Virus record (IMG/VR): IMGVR_UViG_3300049259_000288
Location: 12,961 to 76,960 of that record
Reading direction: 5' to 3' (one strand)
Length of the DNA stretch: 64,000 bases
DNA from: a virus
Positions 43,315-52,889 of this stretch are shown here, in pieces. The position numbers and the translations under genes are program-made. The notes beneath the pieces are model-generated. The model was given only the letters and a program-made list of their open reading frames with translations. It was not told the DNA's origin and ran no database searches. Numbering within the stretch: position 1 is the stretch's first letter; each line of letters opens with the position of its first letter.

Positions 43315-43761
43315 GTGAAGCTCCCGGTGCCCAACTGGTTCCCGCCGCTGGCGCGCAACCACCCGGCGTTCTTCCTGTCGTACTCCTTCACCATCCTCCT
43401 GAACGCTGGACTTGCGATCTGCTACGCGGTCATTCCCGCCCGTTCCTTCGACCTCGGCTATCTCCGGCTCGTGAACATGGTCCCGCGCTGGGCGTGGGGC
43501 GGCTCCGGTGCTCTGATCGCCGCGCTCCTCATGTTCGGCCTTCGGCCCGGCCGGTTCCAGTGGGGCCGCGCCGGGTTCGCGATCGGCGTGCTCGTGTGGT
43601 TCACACGCGGCTGGCTGATGCTCTGCGCGTTGTGGCTCGACGGCGAACGCATCTCGTCGATCGCCGTCCTGGCGTTCTTCTACGCCGCCCTCATGCACAT
43701 CCCGCAGGGCGTCGAACCCCCCATCAACCCGGTCACCCAGACAGAGATCGACATCGAGTGA
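43315..43761 (+). CDS. multi-pass membrane protein (lysis region)
   Basis: About four hydrophobic segments. Confidence 0.7.
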   Translation: MKLPVPNWFPPLARNHPAFFLSYSFTILLNAGLAICYAVIPARSFDLGYLRLVNMVPRWAWGGSGALIAALLMFGLRPGRFQWGRAGFAIGVLVWFTRGWLMLCALWLDGERISSIAVLAFFYAALMHIPQGVEPPINPVTQTEIDIE

Positions 43762-44147
43762 TCGAGGTCCTCGCCGCAACTGGTCAGTCGCCGTCAACTA
43801 CTCCCGTCGCGATCGCGATCGTCATCGCGATCATCGGGATGCTCGGCGGCGTCATCGCGGCGCTCCTCACCTTTTTCAGCAGCCGACGGACGACGGAGAG
43901 TGCATCGAGAGTGGCGGACACCAAGACCGTCGTCGAGGGTCTGTCGGGCCTCGTCGACCAGCTGCAGGAAGAGGTCGCCAAGGCACGGGATCACGCCGCC
44001 GAGACGCAGGTGTTGCTCGACCATGCACGCGCTGATGCCGAGCAGCTGCGGCGTGACCTCGCCGAGCGCGAGACCGAACTGGACAACCTTCGAGCCGAGA
44101 TCGCTGGCCTTGTCGCCCAGCTCGAGCGTCTGAGAGGAAAGCAGTGA
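43758..44147 (+). CDS. membrane protein with coiled coil
   Basis: N-terminal TM followed by a heptad-rich tail. Confidence 0.7.
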   Translation: MIEVLAATGQSPSTTPVAIAIVIAIIGMLGGVIAALLTFFSSRRTTESASRVADTKTVVEGLSGLVDQLQEEVAKARDHAAETQVLLDHARADAEQLRRDLAERETELDNLRAEIAGLVAQLERLRGKQ

Positions 44148-44596
44148 CCGAAGCAACCGCACTCCCCCCGGAGGAGCCACCGACCGTTGGCGACGCCGTA
44201 CGGGCGTTGCAGAGCCAGCTGGAGTTCTGGCGCCGCATGGCGATCATCTTCGGCTCGGCACTGGCGTTCGCCGCCGTCGTCATCCTCGTCGGCCTCGGCG
44301 CGTTGCTGTCGGTGGCGTCCACGTCAGGGAGCGCCTCGAACGACGCCAAGATCGCCGCGCAGGCAGCACAGGACTCCTCCGAGTCGAACCACAAGGTGCT
44401 CGCCATCATCCAGGAGCAGACCGGCCCGGCCGCCCAGGACCGCCAAGCGACCGTCCTCAAGACGTTCCAGCACACCCTCGACTGCAACGTCCGCATGGCT
44501 GCAGCCGAGCTCGTCAAGCCGTTCGGACCGCCGCCGGCGGGCTACCTGGACGGGTGCTCAGCCACCCCGACCACCACAACCACGGAGGCACCATGA
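44144..44596 (+). CDS. membrane protein
   Basis: Single TM; extracytoplasmic Cys pair. Confidence 0.65.
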   Translation: MTEATALPPEEPPTVGDAVRALQSQLEFWRRMAIIFGSALAFAAVVILVGLGALLSVASTSGSASNDAKIAAQAAQDSSESNHKVLAIIQEQTGPAAQDRQATVLKTFQHTLDCNVRMAAAELVKPFGPPPAGYLDGCSATPTTTTTEAP

Positions 44597-45084
44597 CCAC
44601 AGCAGTCGTGCTGAGCCACGAGTGGGCGGAGACAGTCCGCCTGCTCCTGGCCGTCGGCATCCCCATCATCGTCGGGCTCATCAGCAAGTCCTCGGCGTCG
44701 AGCGGCCTCAAGTCGACGCTGAACGTCGTGCTCTCCGCGCTCGTCACCGCGGTGACCACGATCCTCGATCACGCCAACGCCGATGTCGCCCACGTGATCC
44801 GGGACTTCATCTACACCGCCGGGTTCAGCTTCGCCACCTACTACGGCGTCTGGAAGCCCACCGGCATCGCCGGCACGATCGCCGCCAAGACCGAGAAGTT
44901 CGGCTTCGGATCGCCGCCTGACCTCACGACGTCGGAGAAGGGGCTCGAGGACCTGCAGGTGGAGCCGAAGGTGATGGCCGCTGTCGCCGACGCCGTCGAA
45001 GCGGCCGACGAGGAACCGCCGCCGCCCAAGAAGGCGCCGGCCAAGAAGGTGGCCAAGAAGGCCCCCGCGACGAAGAAGGGGTAG
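44593..45084 (+). CDS. holin (putative)
   Basis: IPIIVGLISK...K...LSALVTA...ATYYGVWKPTG; Lys/Ala-rich tail. Confidence 0.65.
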   Translation: MTTAVVLSHEWAETVRLLLAVGIPIIVGLISKSSASSGLKSTLNVVLSALVTAVTTILDHANADVAHVIRDFIYTAGFSFATYYGVWKPTGIAGTIAAKTEKFGFGSPPDLTTSEKGLEDLQVEPKVMAAVADAVEAADEEPPPPKKAPAKKVAKKAPATKKG

Positions 45085-45093
45085 GGGACCGCC

Positions 45094-45240
45094 ATGTGGC
45101 TGATCGTTCTCATCCTGCTCGCCGTCCTGCTCTTCGGCCTCGGCGCCGTGATCAAGGGCGCCGTGCTCTTCGGTCTCATCCTCATCGCCGCCTCTGCACT
45201 CGGCGCCGCCCTGGCGGGGCCTCGCTACTGGCGACGGTGA
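45094..45240 (+). CDS. small hydrophobic membrane protein
   Basis: MWLIVLILLAVLLFGLGAVIKG... Confidence 0.6.
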   Translation: MWLIVLILLAVLLFGLGAVIKGAVLFGLILIAASALGAALAGPRYWRR

Positions 45241-45602
45241 ACTCGTCCCGGCCGCCGGAACGGCGTACTCCCCTTCGTCGATCCGGCGGTCTGGGGCGGT
45301 CCAGGATCAAGCCCGTATCGGACAAGCGGCGTGAGGAGAACTACGAGCGTCGCCGTGAGCTCGAGGCCGCCTTCGGGCGGTTCCCCGACTGCGTGCTCTG
45401 CGCGCCGCTCAAGGCCGCGGGCATCGACACCGGCTGCAACGGCAAGGCCACCGACGGCGACGAGATCCTGAGCCGGGCCCGAGGTGGCTCGATCGTCGAC
45501 GTCGCCAACATCAGACCGGTCGGCCGGCGCTGCCACAACTGGCTGACCACGCACCCGGCGAAGGCGCGCGAGCTCGGCCTCGTGGAGTCGCAGTTCGGCT
45601 GA
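45237..45602 (+). CDS. small HNH-like protein
   Basis: RTPLRR...CVLC...C...DEILSRARGG...N...CHNW...HP..A..LGL. Confidence 0.7.
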   Translation: MNSSRPPERRTPLRRSGGLGRSRIKPVSDKRREENYERRRELEAAFGRFPDCVLCAPLKAAGIDTGCNGKATDGDEILSRARGGSIVDVANIRPVGRRCHNWLTTHPAKARELGLVESQFG

Positions 45603-45605
45603 CGC

Positions 45606-45627
45606 TGTCACACCGCCTCAGTACAGT
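45606..45627 (+). promoter_or_regulatory. PafBC/RecA-NDp-like promoter heading the early region
   Basis: TGTCA-N11-TACAGT. Confidence 0.65.
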
Positions 45628-45659
45628 CGCCGTGAACGACTGTTCGACTCGGAGGTGAG

Positions 45660-46628
45660 ATGGCCGTCGCGATGATCGAGGACCCCGCCCTCGGCGAGCT
45701 TCGGCGCGAGACGGGCTATGGCCAGATCGAGGACGTGAAGCTGCCCGCGGGCAAGCGCAACGCCCAGGTGGTGATCAAGGCCGAGCAGCTCAAGGACCCG
45801 GTCCAGGGTTGGGTGGACTCGACGGGCGACCGCGACACCTACCTCGCCGCCGTGTCGGCCCAGGAGCAGGGCCAGCGCATCTACTACCAGATCGACACGC
45901 ACCGCAAGGACAGCGTCGACGTGTCGATCCCCTTCGAGTCGCTGGGGCGTGGCGACAAGGTCCGCGACGTCCGAGTCATCCAGGCCGTCAACGGCAAGGG
46001 CCAGCCGATTTCCGGAAGCGTTCCGGAACAGGGTCCCGTCGAGCAGCCCACGCTGCCCGTTTCCGGAAATGGACCAGGAAACGAGGAGGCCGCCACTGGG
46101 CCCGGCGCCAGCTCCACGGGTGAAGAAAGTCCTGGTCAGGGCGCTGCGGCAGCTCCAGCTCCGGCGGCTTCGAGCGCCCCGGGGGATCGTTCCGGAAAGC
46201 GCGGCCCTCGCATCGTCGAGGGCAAGCCATGGGAGCCGATGAACAGCGATGGGAGCCTGAACCTGGGCTCCTACGCCGTGCAGGCGGCCGAGGGCATGTC
46301 GCTGCTCGCGCAGGACCTGCTGGTGAGCCGGTGGCGGGCCGGTGATGCCGAGGCGCCGCCCACCCAGGGCCAGATCCGCTCGCTGGCACGGCTGCTGCTG
46401 ATCGCTGCGGACCGCGCGCAGGCTTCGGCGCGCGCCGACGGCCACGCTGACCGGATGGACAACAGCCATTCCCGCTCGCGCGCGGCGGTGCGCGCCGCGC
46501 TCGACATCTATCCCGTACCATTCGGCGCCGACCAGGCGGCCCGTGACGCGTGGCTCGAGGACATCACCAAGCACGCGTCGGAGTTCCTCGGCACCGTTCT
46601 GTCCCTCGTTGACCGGGAGGTCCCCTAG
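45660..46628 (+). CDS. hypothetical two-domain protein
   Basis: GGAGGT RBS; low-complexity linker between two domains. Confidence 0.75.
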   Translation: MAVAMIEDPALGELRRETGYGQIEDVKLPAGKRNAQVVIKAEQLKDPVQGWVDSTGDRDTYLAAVSAQEQGQRIYYQIDTHRKDSVDVSIPFESLGRGDKVRDVRVIQAVNGKGQPISGSVPEQGPVEQPTLPVSGNGPGNEEAATGPGASSTGEESPGQGAAAAPAPAASSAPGDRSGKRGPRIVEGKPWEPMNSDGSLNLGSYAVQAAEGMSLLAQDLLVSRWRAGDAEAPPTQGQIRSLARLLLIAADRAQASARADGHADRMDNSHSRSRAAVRAALDIYPVPFGADQAARDAWLEDITKHASEFLGTVLSLVDREVP

Positions 46629-46666
46629 AGCATGAGCATCCGTCCACCGTCCCCGTCCACCGTCCG

Positions 46667-47125
46667 ATGAGCCGCACCTGCCCGCTCTGCAACGGCAGCG
46701 GCACGCTTGAGGCCCGCCCCCGAGAGCAGGACGACACGCTCTTCGACGCTGGCGCCGCCATCGTCGAGATGGATCAGGAGCCCCCGGCACACCGTGCGGC
46801 GCGTGCCGCCGAGCAGCTGGCACGTCTTGCCATCGCGCCACACGCTGGCACGCTGCGCCGGCGCGTGCTCGACCTGGCGCTCGGCCGGGACTTCGGCATC
46901 ACGAGCATCGAGGCCACCGAGGCGTTGGTGTACGAGGACCTCGTGCGAGCCGGCCAGGTCCTCGGGCGCGAGCAGTTCGAGCTCGCGGTTCGCAAGAAGC
47001 TCTACTCGATCGCTCCTCGCCTGACCGAGCTCGTGGACGGCGGCTGGCTCGCCGACAGCGACGAGGTGCGCGGGAAGCGCATGGTCTACCGGGCGACCGA
47101 CAAGGCGCGCGCCGAGGCTGCCTGA
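46667..47125 (+). CDS. Zn-knuckle plus winged-HTH protein
   Basis: CPLCNGSG; SIAPRLTELV..GWL. Confidence 0.6.
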   Translation: MSRTCPLCNGSGTLEARPREQDDTLFDAGAAIVEMDQEPPAHRAARAAEQLARLAIAPHAGTLRRRVLDLALGRDFGITSIEATEALVYEDLVRAGQVLGREQFELAVRKKLYSIAPRLTELVDGGWLADSDEVRGKRMVYRATDKARAEAA

Positions 47126-47595
47126 TGCCGGTGATGCGCTTCCCCGAGCGGCTCGGCTTCGGCACGCTGGTCGACGTCGCAGGCACCATGGCGCGCCTTG
47201 TCAACGACGAGACCGGCTTCCGTGAGCTCCTGCGCAGCCGCGGCTACGCCGCGAACCAGGCCGGTGCGCGCTTCGATCCCGGCGACTGGCCGGGCGCGGC
47301 GGTGCCCACCGCGTGGGAGGAAGGCCCGCGCGGCTACCCGCTGCAGCCCGACCTCCGCCTCGCCGGCGCGCCGTCGGTGAGGCTGCGACGACTGCTCACC
47401 GACAAGCCCGTGCGCGGCATCGTCGTGGGCTCGACCTACCGCCAGGAGGGCTACCTCGTCGACGGCATGTTGGTGCCGCCGTCGCGCACCATCCACGCCC
47501 TCGAGATCGCGCTGAACGTACGATCGGGCCGAGCCCGCATCGTTCTCGCCCACCCGAACGACGTCCAACCAGTCCCTCGTCGGAGTCGCCCATGA
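47125..47595 (+). CDS. hypothetical protein
   Basis: TGATG coupling. Confidence 0.6.
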   Translation: MPVMRFPERLGFGTLVDVAGTMARLVNDETGFRELLRSRGYAANQAGARFDPGDWPGAAVPTAWEEGPRGYPLQPDLRLAGAPSVRLRRLLTDKPVRGIVVGSTYRQEGYLVDGMLVPPSRTIHALEIALNVRSGRARIVLAHPNDVQPVPRRSRP

Positions 47596-47831
47596 CCAAC
47601 CTCCCTCCTGGCACGCGCGTTCGTGTGAACGACCGCTCCGGCTGGCCCGAGCGCATCGGCAGCGACGGCGTGATCATGGCGCCGGCGCCCGACGGCTCAT
47701 ATCCGCAGCCCGGCCCGGGCGAGGTGCTGCTGCTGCTCGACAACGACCCGCTCGACCCCGGGCGGCGCAACAGGACGTGGTCGTGCGTCATCAACGCGCG
47801 CGCACTCGACACCATCTACAAGGAGAAGTAG
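47592..47831 (+). CDS. small SH3-like hypothetical protein
   Basis: PGTRVRV...; ATGA coupling. Confidence 0.55.
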   Translation: MTNLPPGTRVRVNDRSGWPERIGSDGVIMAPAPDGSYPQPGPGEVLLLLDNDPLDPGRRNRTWSCVINARALDTIYKEK

Positions 47832-48094
47832 TGGCAGACGAAGAGACGCCGGTCGTGATCGACCCGGTGGAAGAGGCGCTCGCGTCACAGGTCGACGCGT
47901 GGGAGAGCGACATCGAGGTGCTCGGTGAGGCCATCGCCGCCGCCGAGGCACAGCTGGCTCGCCAGCGCGCGTCGAAGAAGGAGCGCGCCGACAAGGTCGC
48001 CTCGATCAAGGCGCACCTCGACAAGAACTACGAGGGCTGGGACATCCGGCGCGCCGAGTACCTGCAGACGAACGTCACCAAGAAGGGCCGGTGA
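47831..48094 (+). CDS. coiled-coil hypothetical protein
   Basis: AGGAG RBS. Confidence 0.6.
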   Translation: MADEETPVVIDPVEEALASQVDAWESDIEVLGEAIAAAEAQLARQRASKKERADKVASIKAHLDKNYEGWDIRRAEYLQTNVTKKGR

Positions 48095-48614
48095 GCCTCA
48101 CCGTCACCGTCGTCGACAACGAGACCGGCGACACCGACAGCGCCCAGGTGGCCGACGGTGACTATGTACTGATCTGCGCTGCGCCCTGTCATCTTGCGCA
48201 CACGCAGTCGTATCCGACCAAGGGCACGCACGTGCTCACCGTGAAGGGACGGCTCGGTGCCCTGGGGTGAGGAGCACAAGCCGATGAACGGCGGCGCCGG
48301 CACCACCGGCGAGATCGAGGACGCGCACGCGGCGCTCGACGTCTACGACGTGCCGCGCGGCCCGCTTGCGCTGCGCGTGTTGCACTTCATCGAGCGGATG
48401 AAGCCGTGACCCCGCGCGAGTTCCGTCGCGAGACGCTCGGCGAGTTGAAGCCCGACGGTCGCGGGCATCTGTTCGAGCGAAGCGTCGAGAACGACATGCC
48501 GGTGCTGCGCTGCATGTACGGCGACTGCGGGTTCATCTGGTGGCCCGACGAGCATAAGCCCAGCAGGGAGTGCCGATCGGAGATGGCACCAGGACGCACG
48601 CTGCCGGGACGCAC

Positions 48615-49364
48615 ATGACCGCGCCGACGCCGAAGCATCCGGCCCGGTTCTCGGACCCGATCATGCCGGTGCTCGCCAAGTTCGTGGAGCCCGGTTGGAC
48701 CGTGGTCGACCGGTTCGCCGGCACTGGGCGCGTCCACGAGCTGCGCGACCTCGTCCCCGGCGTGCACACCTTCGCCGTCGAGATCGAGTTCGAGTGGGCG
48801 GCGATGCACCCGTCGACGTGGTGTGGCGACGCGTTCGAGATGACCGGCGAGAACCGCTACGACGCCGAGGTCACCTCGGTCACCTACGGCAACCGGTTCG
48901 CCGACTCACACAACGCGCAGGAACGCTGTCGGGCGTGCAAGGGCACCGGGTGGATACCGATCGCGAGTGGCGCGCCGGCGGAGCCATGCGAGAAGTGCGA
49001 GGGCACCGGCACCCGGAACCATCACCGCCGTTCGTACACGCACAACCTTGGGCGCCCTCTCACGCGCGGCAGCAGCGGGTCGATGCACTGGGGCCAGGAC
49101 TACCGCGCGTTCCACACGAAGTGGCTCGAGTCGAGCTTCACGCTCGTGCGCCGACGGCTGGTCCTCAACGTGAGCGACCACATCCGCGACAAGAAGCGCC
49201 AGCCTGTCGTCCGCTGGTTCAGGAACACCGCACGCGAGGTGGGGTTCACGCTCGTGGCCGAGCGCAGCATCGAGACGAAGCGCCTGCGCGACGGCGCGAA
49301 CCGCGAGTCGCGCGTCAAGTACGAGAAGGTCCTGGTGTTCGACAAGGAGGCAACCGATGGGTAA
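48615..49364 (+). CDS. DNA amino-methyltransferase-like protein with inserted CxxCxGxG zinc finger
   Basis: HPARF, VVDRFAGTG motif I, TSVTY at the motif IV position, LVLNVSD. Confidence 0.7.
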   Translation: MTAPTPKHPARFSDPIMPVLAKFVEPGWTVVDRFAGTGRVHELRDLVPGVHTFAVEIEFEWAAMHPSTWCGDAFEMTGENRYDAEVTSVTYGNRFADSHNAQERCRACKGTGWIPIASGAPAEPCEKCEGTGTRNHHRRSYTHNLGRPLTRGSSGSMHWGQDYRAFHTKWLESSFTLVRRRLVLNVSDHIRDKKRQPVVRWFRNTAREVGFTLVAERSIETKRLRDGANRESRVKYEKVLVFDKEATDG

Positions 49365-49737
49365 GGCCGCACGACTCAAGCGCGAGCGCCGAGCGCGCGG
49401 CACGGCCGACATCGAGGTCGTGTGCCCGGGGATGCTCGAGATCCTCAGTGTTGGCAAGGGCGACATCAAGCTCACGATCGACGGCAGCAACGAGGGCGAG
49501 GTCAACGACGCCCGCACGATCATCGAGGAGATGCTGGCCAAGGGCTACGGCATCTTCGTGGAGACTGACAAGGGGCTGACGCGCGTCAAGAAGTTCAATC
49601 CCAAGCGCATGACCTACGTGATCTCGGAAGTCGTCGAGAACGCCGAGGAAAAGCCGCTCGGCAAGCGCACGCGCGAGAAGCACGTTCCTGTCGCCGGCAC
49701 GAAGGCCAAGGCCATTGGCAGGACGGCGGGCGGATGA
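49357..49737 (+). CDS. small protein ending in di-glycine (candidate ubiquitin/Pup-like modifier)
   Basis: AGGAGG RBS; C-terminus AIGRTAGG*. Confidence 0.75.
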   Translation: MGKAARLKRERRARGTADIEVVCPGMLEILSVGKGDIKLTIDGSNEGEVNDARTIIEEMLAKGYGIFVETDKGLTRVKKFNPKRMTYVISEVVENAEEKPLGKRTREKHVPVAGTKAKAIGRTAGG

Positions 49738-49867
49738 TGTTCCGGCTCTCGATTTGGCGGCACAAGCGACGTGGTCACACCCAGACGTGGAGCCGCGTCA
49801 CGATCCCGGTGACGTCGCCCGACCGCGGTGACCTCGTCCGGTGCTCGTGCGGCGAGGTGTGGACCCG

Positions 49868-50677
49868 ATGACCGACGTCTCGACGTACATGCGCCAGGCC
49901 CGTGCCCGCCGCGGTGTCGACCCGCGCCAGAAGGACGGCTGGACCTGGGATGAGTCCCGGGCGTGGATCGACGCGCTCTCCGATCACGTCGGCGAGTGGC
50001 AGGGCATCCCCATCCCGCTCGGTGCGGACAACCCGCTGGTCCTCGCCGAGGGCCACCCGCTGCGCGACTTTTACGCCAAGGAGCTCGGCCAGGCTGACCT
50101 GACCGACGTGGACATCATCGTCGCTGGCGGCGAGGTGCCCGAGGACGAGGAGATTGTCAACACCTGGTTCTCCCGGAGGCGCAACGCCCAGGTGTACGTG
50201 GCCCGCGGCGGCGGCCGCTACTACGCGTTCGTCGTGCCGGTTTCCCCGGACCGCTCCATGGATCGCCTGACCTTCTGGCTGCAGACGATCGGCTCGGCCG
50301 ACGCGTGGGACCTCGAGGCTGAGTACCGGGCCCGCGACACGCTGCGGGCCATGCTCACTGAGCGCCAGTGGATGCACTACGACCTCACCGGCTGCTTCTT
50401 CGAGACGTCTCCGCGCTCTCGCGTCACCTACGTGTTCCGCCGGCTGCGCCCAACGCTCGCGCTGAGCCCTCGCGGCAGGGATGGGCGCGTGGGCAACATG
50501 CTCTGCCTTGCCGTGCTCTGCCTGCATCCGATCGGCTACTACGCGAACAGCTGGGCGGGCTGCATGGTGCCGAGCGACGACGTGATCGCGCACCTCAGCT
50601 GGATGCGTGGGGATGAAGCAGCGTTCTGGAAGCACGCCAACCAGCACGACCCGGCTTCGCCCGAGGCCGGCATCTGA
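49868..50677 (+). CDS. hypothetical enzyme with LCLHP and PSDD motifs
   Basis: A..TL..ML...Q...Y..TG.F.E...YVFRR..PT...LCLHP..YY..SWAG.M.PSDD..A.L...RGDE..FW..AN.H. Confidence 0.75.
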   Translation: MTDVSTYMRQARARRGVDPRQKDGWTWDESRAWIDALSDHVGEWQGIPIPLGADNPLVLAEGHPLRDFYAKELGQADLTDVDIIVAGGEVPEDEEIVNTWFSRRRNAQVYVARGGGRYYAFVVPVSPDRSMDRLTFWLQTIGSADAWDLEAEYRARDTLRAMLTERQWMHYDLTGCFFETSPRSRVTYVFRRLRPTLALSPRGRDGRVGNMLCLAVLCLHPIGYYANSWAGCMVPSDDVIAHLSWMRGDEAAFWKHANQHDPASPEAGI

Positions 50678-51020
50678 TGGCCGAGACGTTCCTCTGTTCC
50701 TGCGGCGCAGCGGCAAAGGCATCCGGCTACCCGCCCGCCCAGGCGGAGGCGATCATCGCCGAGCTTCGACGCATCCACGTCGAGGACGAGGGCCACCATG
50801 AGGTGGAACCGAAGGAACACAAGCGGATCCGCGAGCGTCAGCGCCGCGATGAGATCAAGGGGCTCTATGGCTGAGCGATGCAAGGTGACCTATCCCGACG
50901 ACGCGACCGTGCAGTGCCTCAAGAAGGCCGACGAGCCCGGCACCGGCAAGCACGAGCACTACGGCAAGGACTCACAGGGCTTCGAGTACACGTGGCGCGA
51001 CGTGCCGACAGGTGGCTTCG

Positions 51021-51299
51021 ATGCCTGACGATGACGCAGCGAAGATGAGCCACTGGAACTACCGCACCTTCGTGCGCACGTTGCCGACCGGCGCCGGCGA
51101 CTACGAGGACCAGTTCTTCATCGGCGAGGCGTACTACGACGACAACGGCAACGTCATCGCGTGGTCGTCTGAGCCGTCATGGCCGTCGGGCACGACGAAG
51201 GTCGAGTGCTATGACGACCTCGCTCGGATGATGGAGTCCATGGGCAAGGAGGTGCTCGTCCTCGACGAGCTCGAGCGGATCGTCCAGGTGATCGAGTGA
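51021..51299 (+). CDS. hypothetical protein
   Basis: WNYR...I.EAYYD..G. Confidence 0.6.
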   Translation: MPDDDAAKMSHWNYRTFVRTLPTGAGDYEDQFFIGEAYYDDNGNVIAWSSEPSWPSGTTKVECYDDLARMMESMGKEVLVLDELERIVQVIE

Positions 51300-51535
51300 A
51301 CCTCTACGACCTGGCCTCCACGATCGCCTACATCCTCTCGGACGACGGCCCGTTCAGTCGTCTCGACCCGACCAACCTCGTCATCGAGTTCATCCCTGGC
51401 TGGGGCTGGCATCCATGCGACGAGGAGTACTACTACCTCGGTCCGGCCGACATCAGCGTCGAGATCGGATCGGATGAGGACTACGGCACGCTCATGGGTC
51501 ACAACATGCTCAGCAAGTGGAAGGACATGGAGTGA
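51296..51535 (+). CDS. acidic hypothetical protein
   Basis: GTGA coupling. Confidence 0.55.
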   Translation: MNLYDLASTIAYILSDDGPFSRLDPTNLVIEFIPGWGWHPCDEEYYYLGPADISVEIGSDEDYGTLMGHNMLSKWKDME

Positions 51536-52254
51536 ACCCGACGTCCGCCAACTACTGGCTGCCGCTCATCGAAGGTGCGGGCCTTCCGGTTCCCCGGACG
51601 CTCACCGTCGACAGCTACGACCACCGCGCCATGCTCGGCGTGTTCTACGGCGAGGACTGGGACGGCTACGACGCGTTCTCTGAGGACATCTGCAAGGCGG
51701 CGATGGACGTGGGCTTGCCGGTCTTCATCCGCACCGACATGGGCAGCGCCAAGCACAACGGGCCCGTCTCGTACCGGCTCGATCGCGCCGAGCCGATCGT
51801 GCTCACACCGCTGCTGCGCGATCTCGTCGAGGACCAGGAGTCGAAGTTCTGGCTCGAGCCCGACGCCACTCCGAGCACGATCCTCGTGCGCCGGTGGCTG
51901 GACCTCGACGCGTCCTTCGAGGCGTTCGGCTGGCGCGGCAACCCGGGCCATCCCATCGCGCGCGAGTGGCGGCTGTTCGCCACGGCCGAGGGCGTGGAGT
52001 GCGTGCACTTCTACTGGCCCGAGCACGCCATCGAGGAGCACAACCCCACCGAGGAGAACTGGCGCGAGCTCCTCGCTGAGATGGCGAGCGAGCCGGTGCC
52101 GGCGGAACTGACGGAGGTGGCCGTCCGGGCAGCCGCCGTCTGTGACGCGTGCCCGATGTGGAGCGTCGACTTCGCGCAGGACATCCACGGTCGCTGGTAC
52201 CTGATCGACATGGCCGAAGGCGACAAGAGCTGGCACCCGGAGCACGATGGCTGA
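51532..52254 (+). CDS. ATP-grasp fold protein (R2K/Cdc123-like)
   Basis: LPVPRT, PVFIRTDMGSAKH, ILVRRWL, REWRLF, WSVDF...WYLIDM. Confidence 0.7.
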   Translation: MNPTSANYWLPLIEGAGLPVPRTLTVDSYDHRAMLGVFYGEDWDGYDAFSEDICKAAMDVGLPVFIRTDMGSAKHNGPVSYRLDRAEPIVLTPLLRDLVEDQESKFWLEPDATPSTILVRRWLDLDASFEAFGWRGNPGHPIAREWRLFATAEGVECVHFYWPEHAIEEHNPTEENWRELLAEMASEPVPAELTEVAVRAAAVCDACPMWSVDFAQDIHGRWYLIDMAEGDKSWHPEHDG

Positions 52255-52480
52255 GGACGAGCTTCGGTACCTGCCGTCCGTGGACGAGGAGGTTGTGCTC
52301 ACCGTCGTGCCATACGTGGTGCTCGCCATCGTCCCGCTGCTGCTGATCCTCATGGCGTGGCCGCTCATCGGGCACGTGTTCGCACTCGCCTCGTCGATCA
52401 CCGTCTGGCCGATCTGGTACGGCTTCAAGGGGCTGCGCTGGGTCTACCGGCGCGTCATGGGAAGGGATGACGATGCCTGA
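52247..52480 (+). CDS. membrane protein
   Basis: Two hydrophobic segments. Confidence 0.6.
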   Translation: MAEDELRYLPSVDEEVVLTVVPYVVLAIVPLLLILMAWPLIGHVFALASSITVWPIWYGFKGLRWVYRRVMGRDDDA

Positions 52481-52889
52481 GAGGATCCAGCTTCGGCGCA
52501 CGAAGGGATGGCGAAAGCCCGACGGCGCCATCGTCGTGGCGCGCCCGTCGCGGTGGGGCAACCCGTTCATCGTCGGCGAGGAGGTCGACATTGGCCACGC
52601 CGGCTACCAGGGCTGGTCGGTTGGTTGGGCGGGCGATCCCGATGAGCAGGAGGCGTACTTCGATCTGCACGAGACGGTGAAGATCACGCCGGAGATCGCC
52701 GTCAAGCTCTACCGCGTCGACCTTCTGCTCGGGCTCATGAAGTACCCGAAGGACCACCCGGAAGACCGGAAGCGCCGGGATGCGCTCGAGGTCGCACTGA
52801 GTCAGCTTCGTGGCCATGACCTGGCGTGCTGGTGCCCAGGCGATCAGGCGTGCCACGCCGACGTTCTCTTGGAGATGGCCAATGGGTGA
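52473..52889 (+). CDS. DUF4326 family protein
   Basis: RIQLRRTKGWRKP...RPSRWGNPF...LRGHDLACWC...CHADVLL. Confidence 0.85.
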   Translation: MPERIQLRRTKGWRKPDGAIVVARPSRWGNPFIVGEEVDIGHAGYQGWSVGWAGDPDEQEAYFDLHETVKITPEIAVKLYRVDLLLGLMKYPKDHPEDRKRRDALEVALSQLRGHDLACWCPGDQACHADVLLEMANG

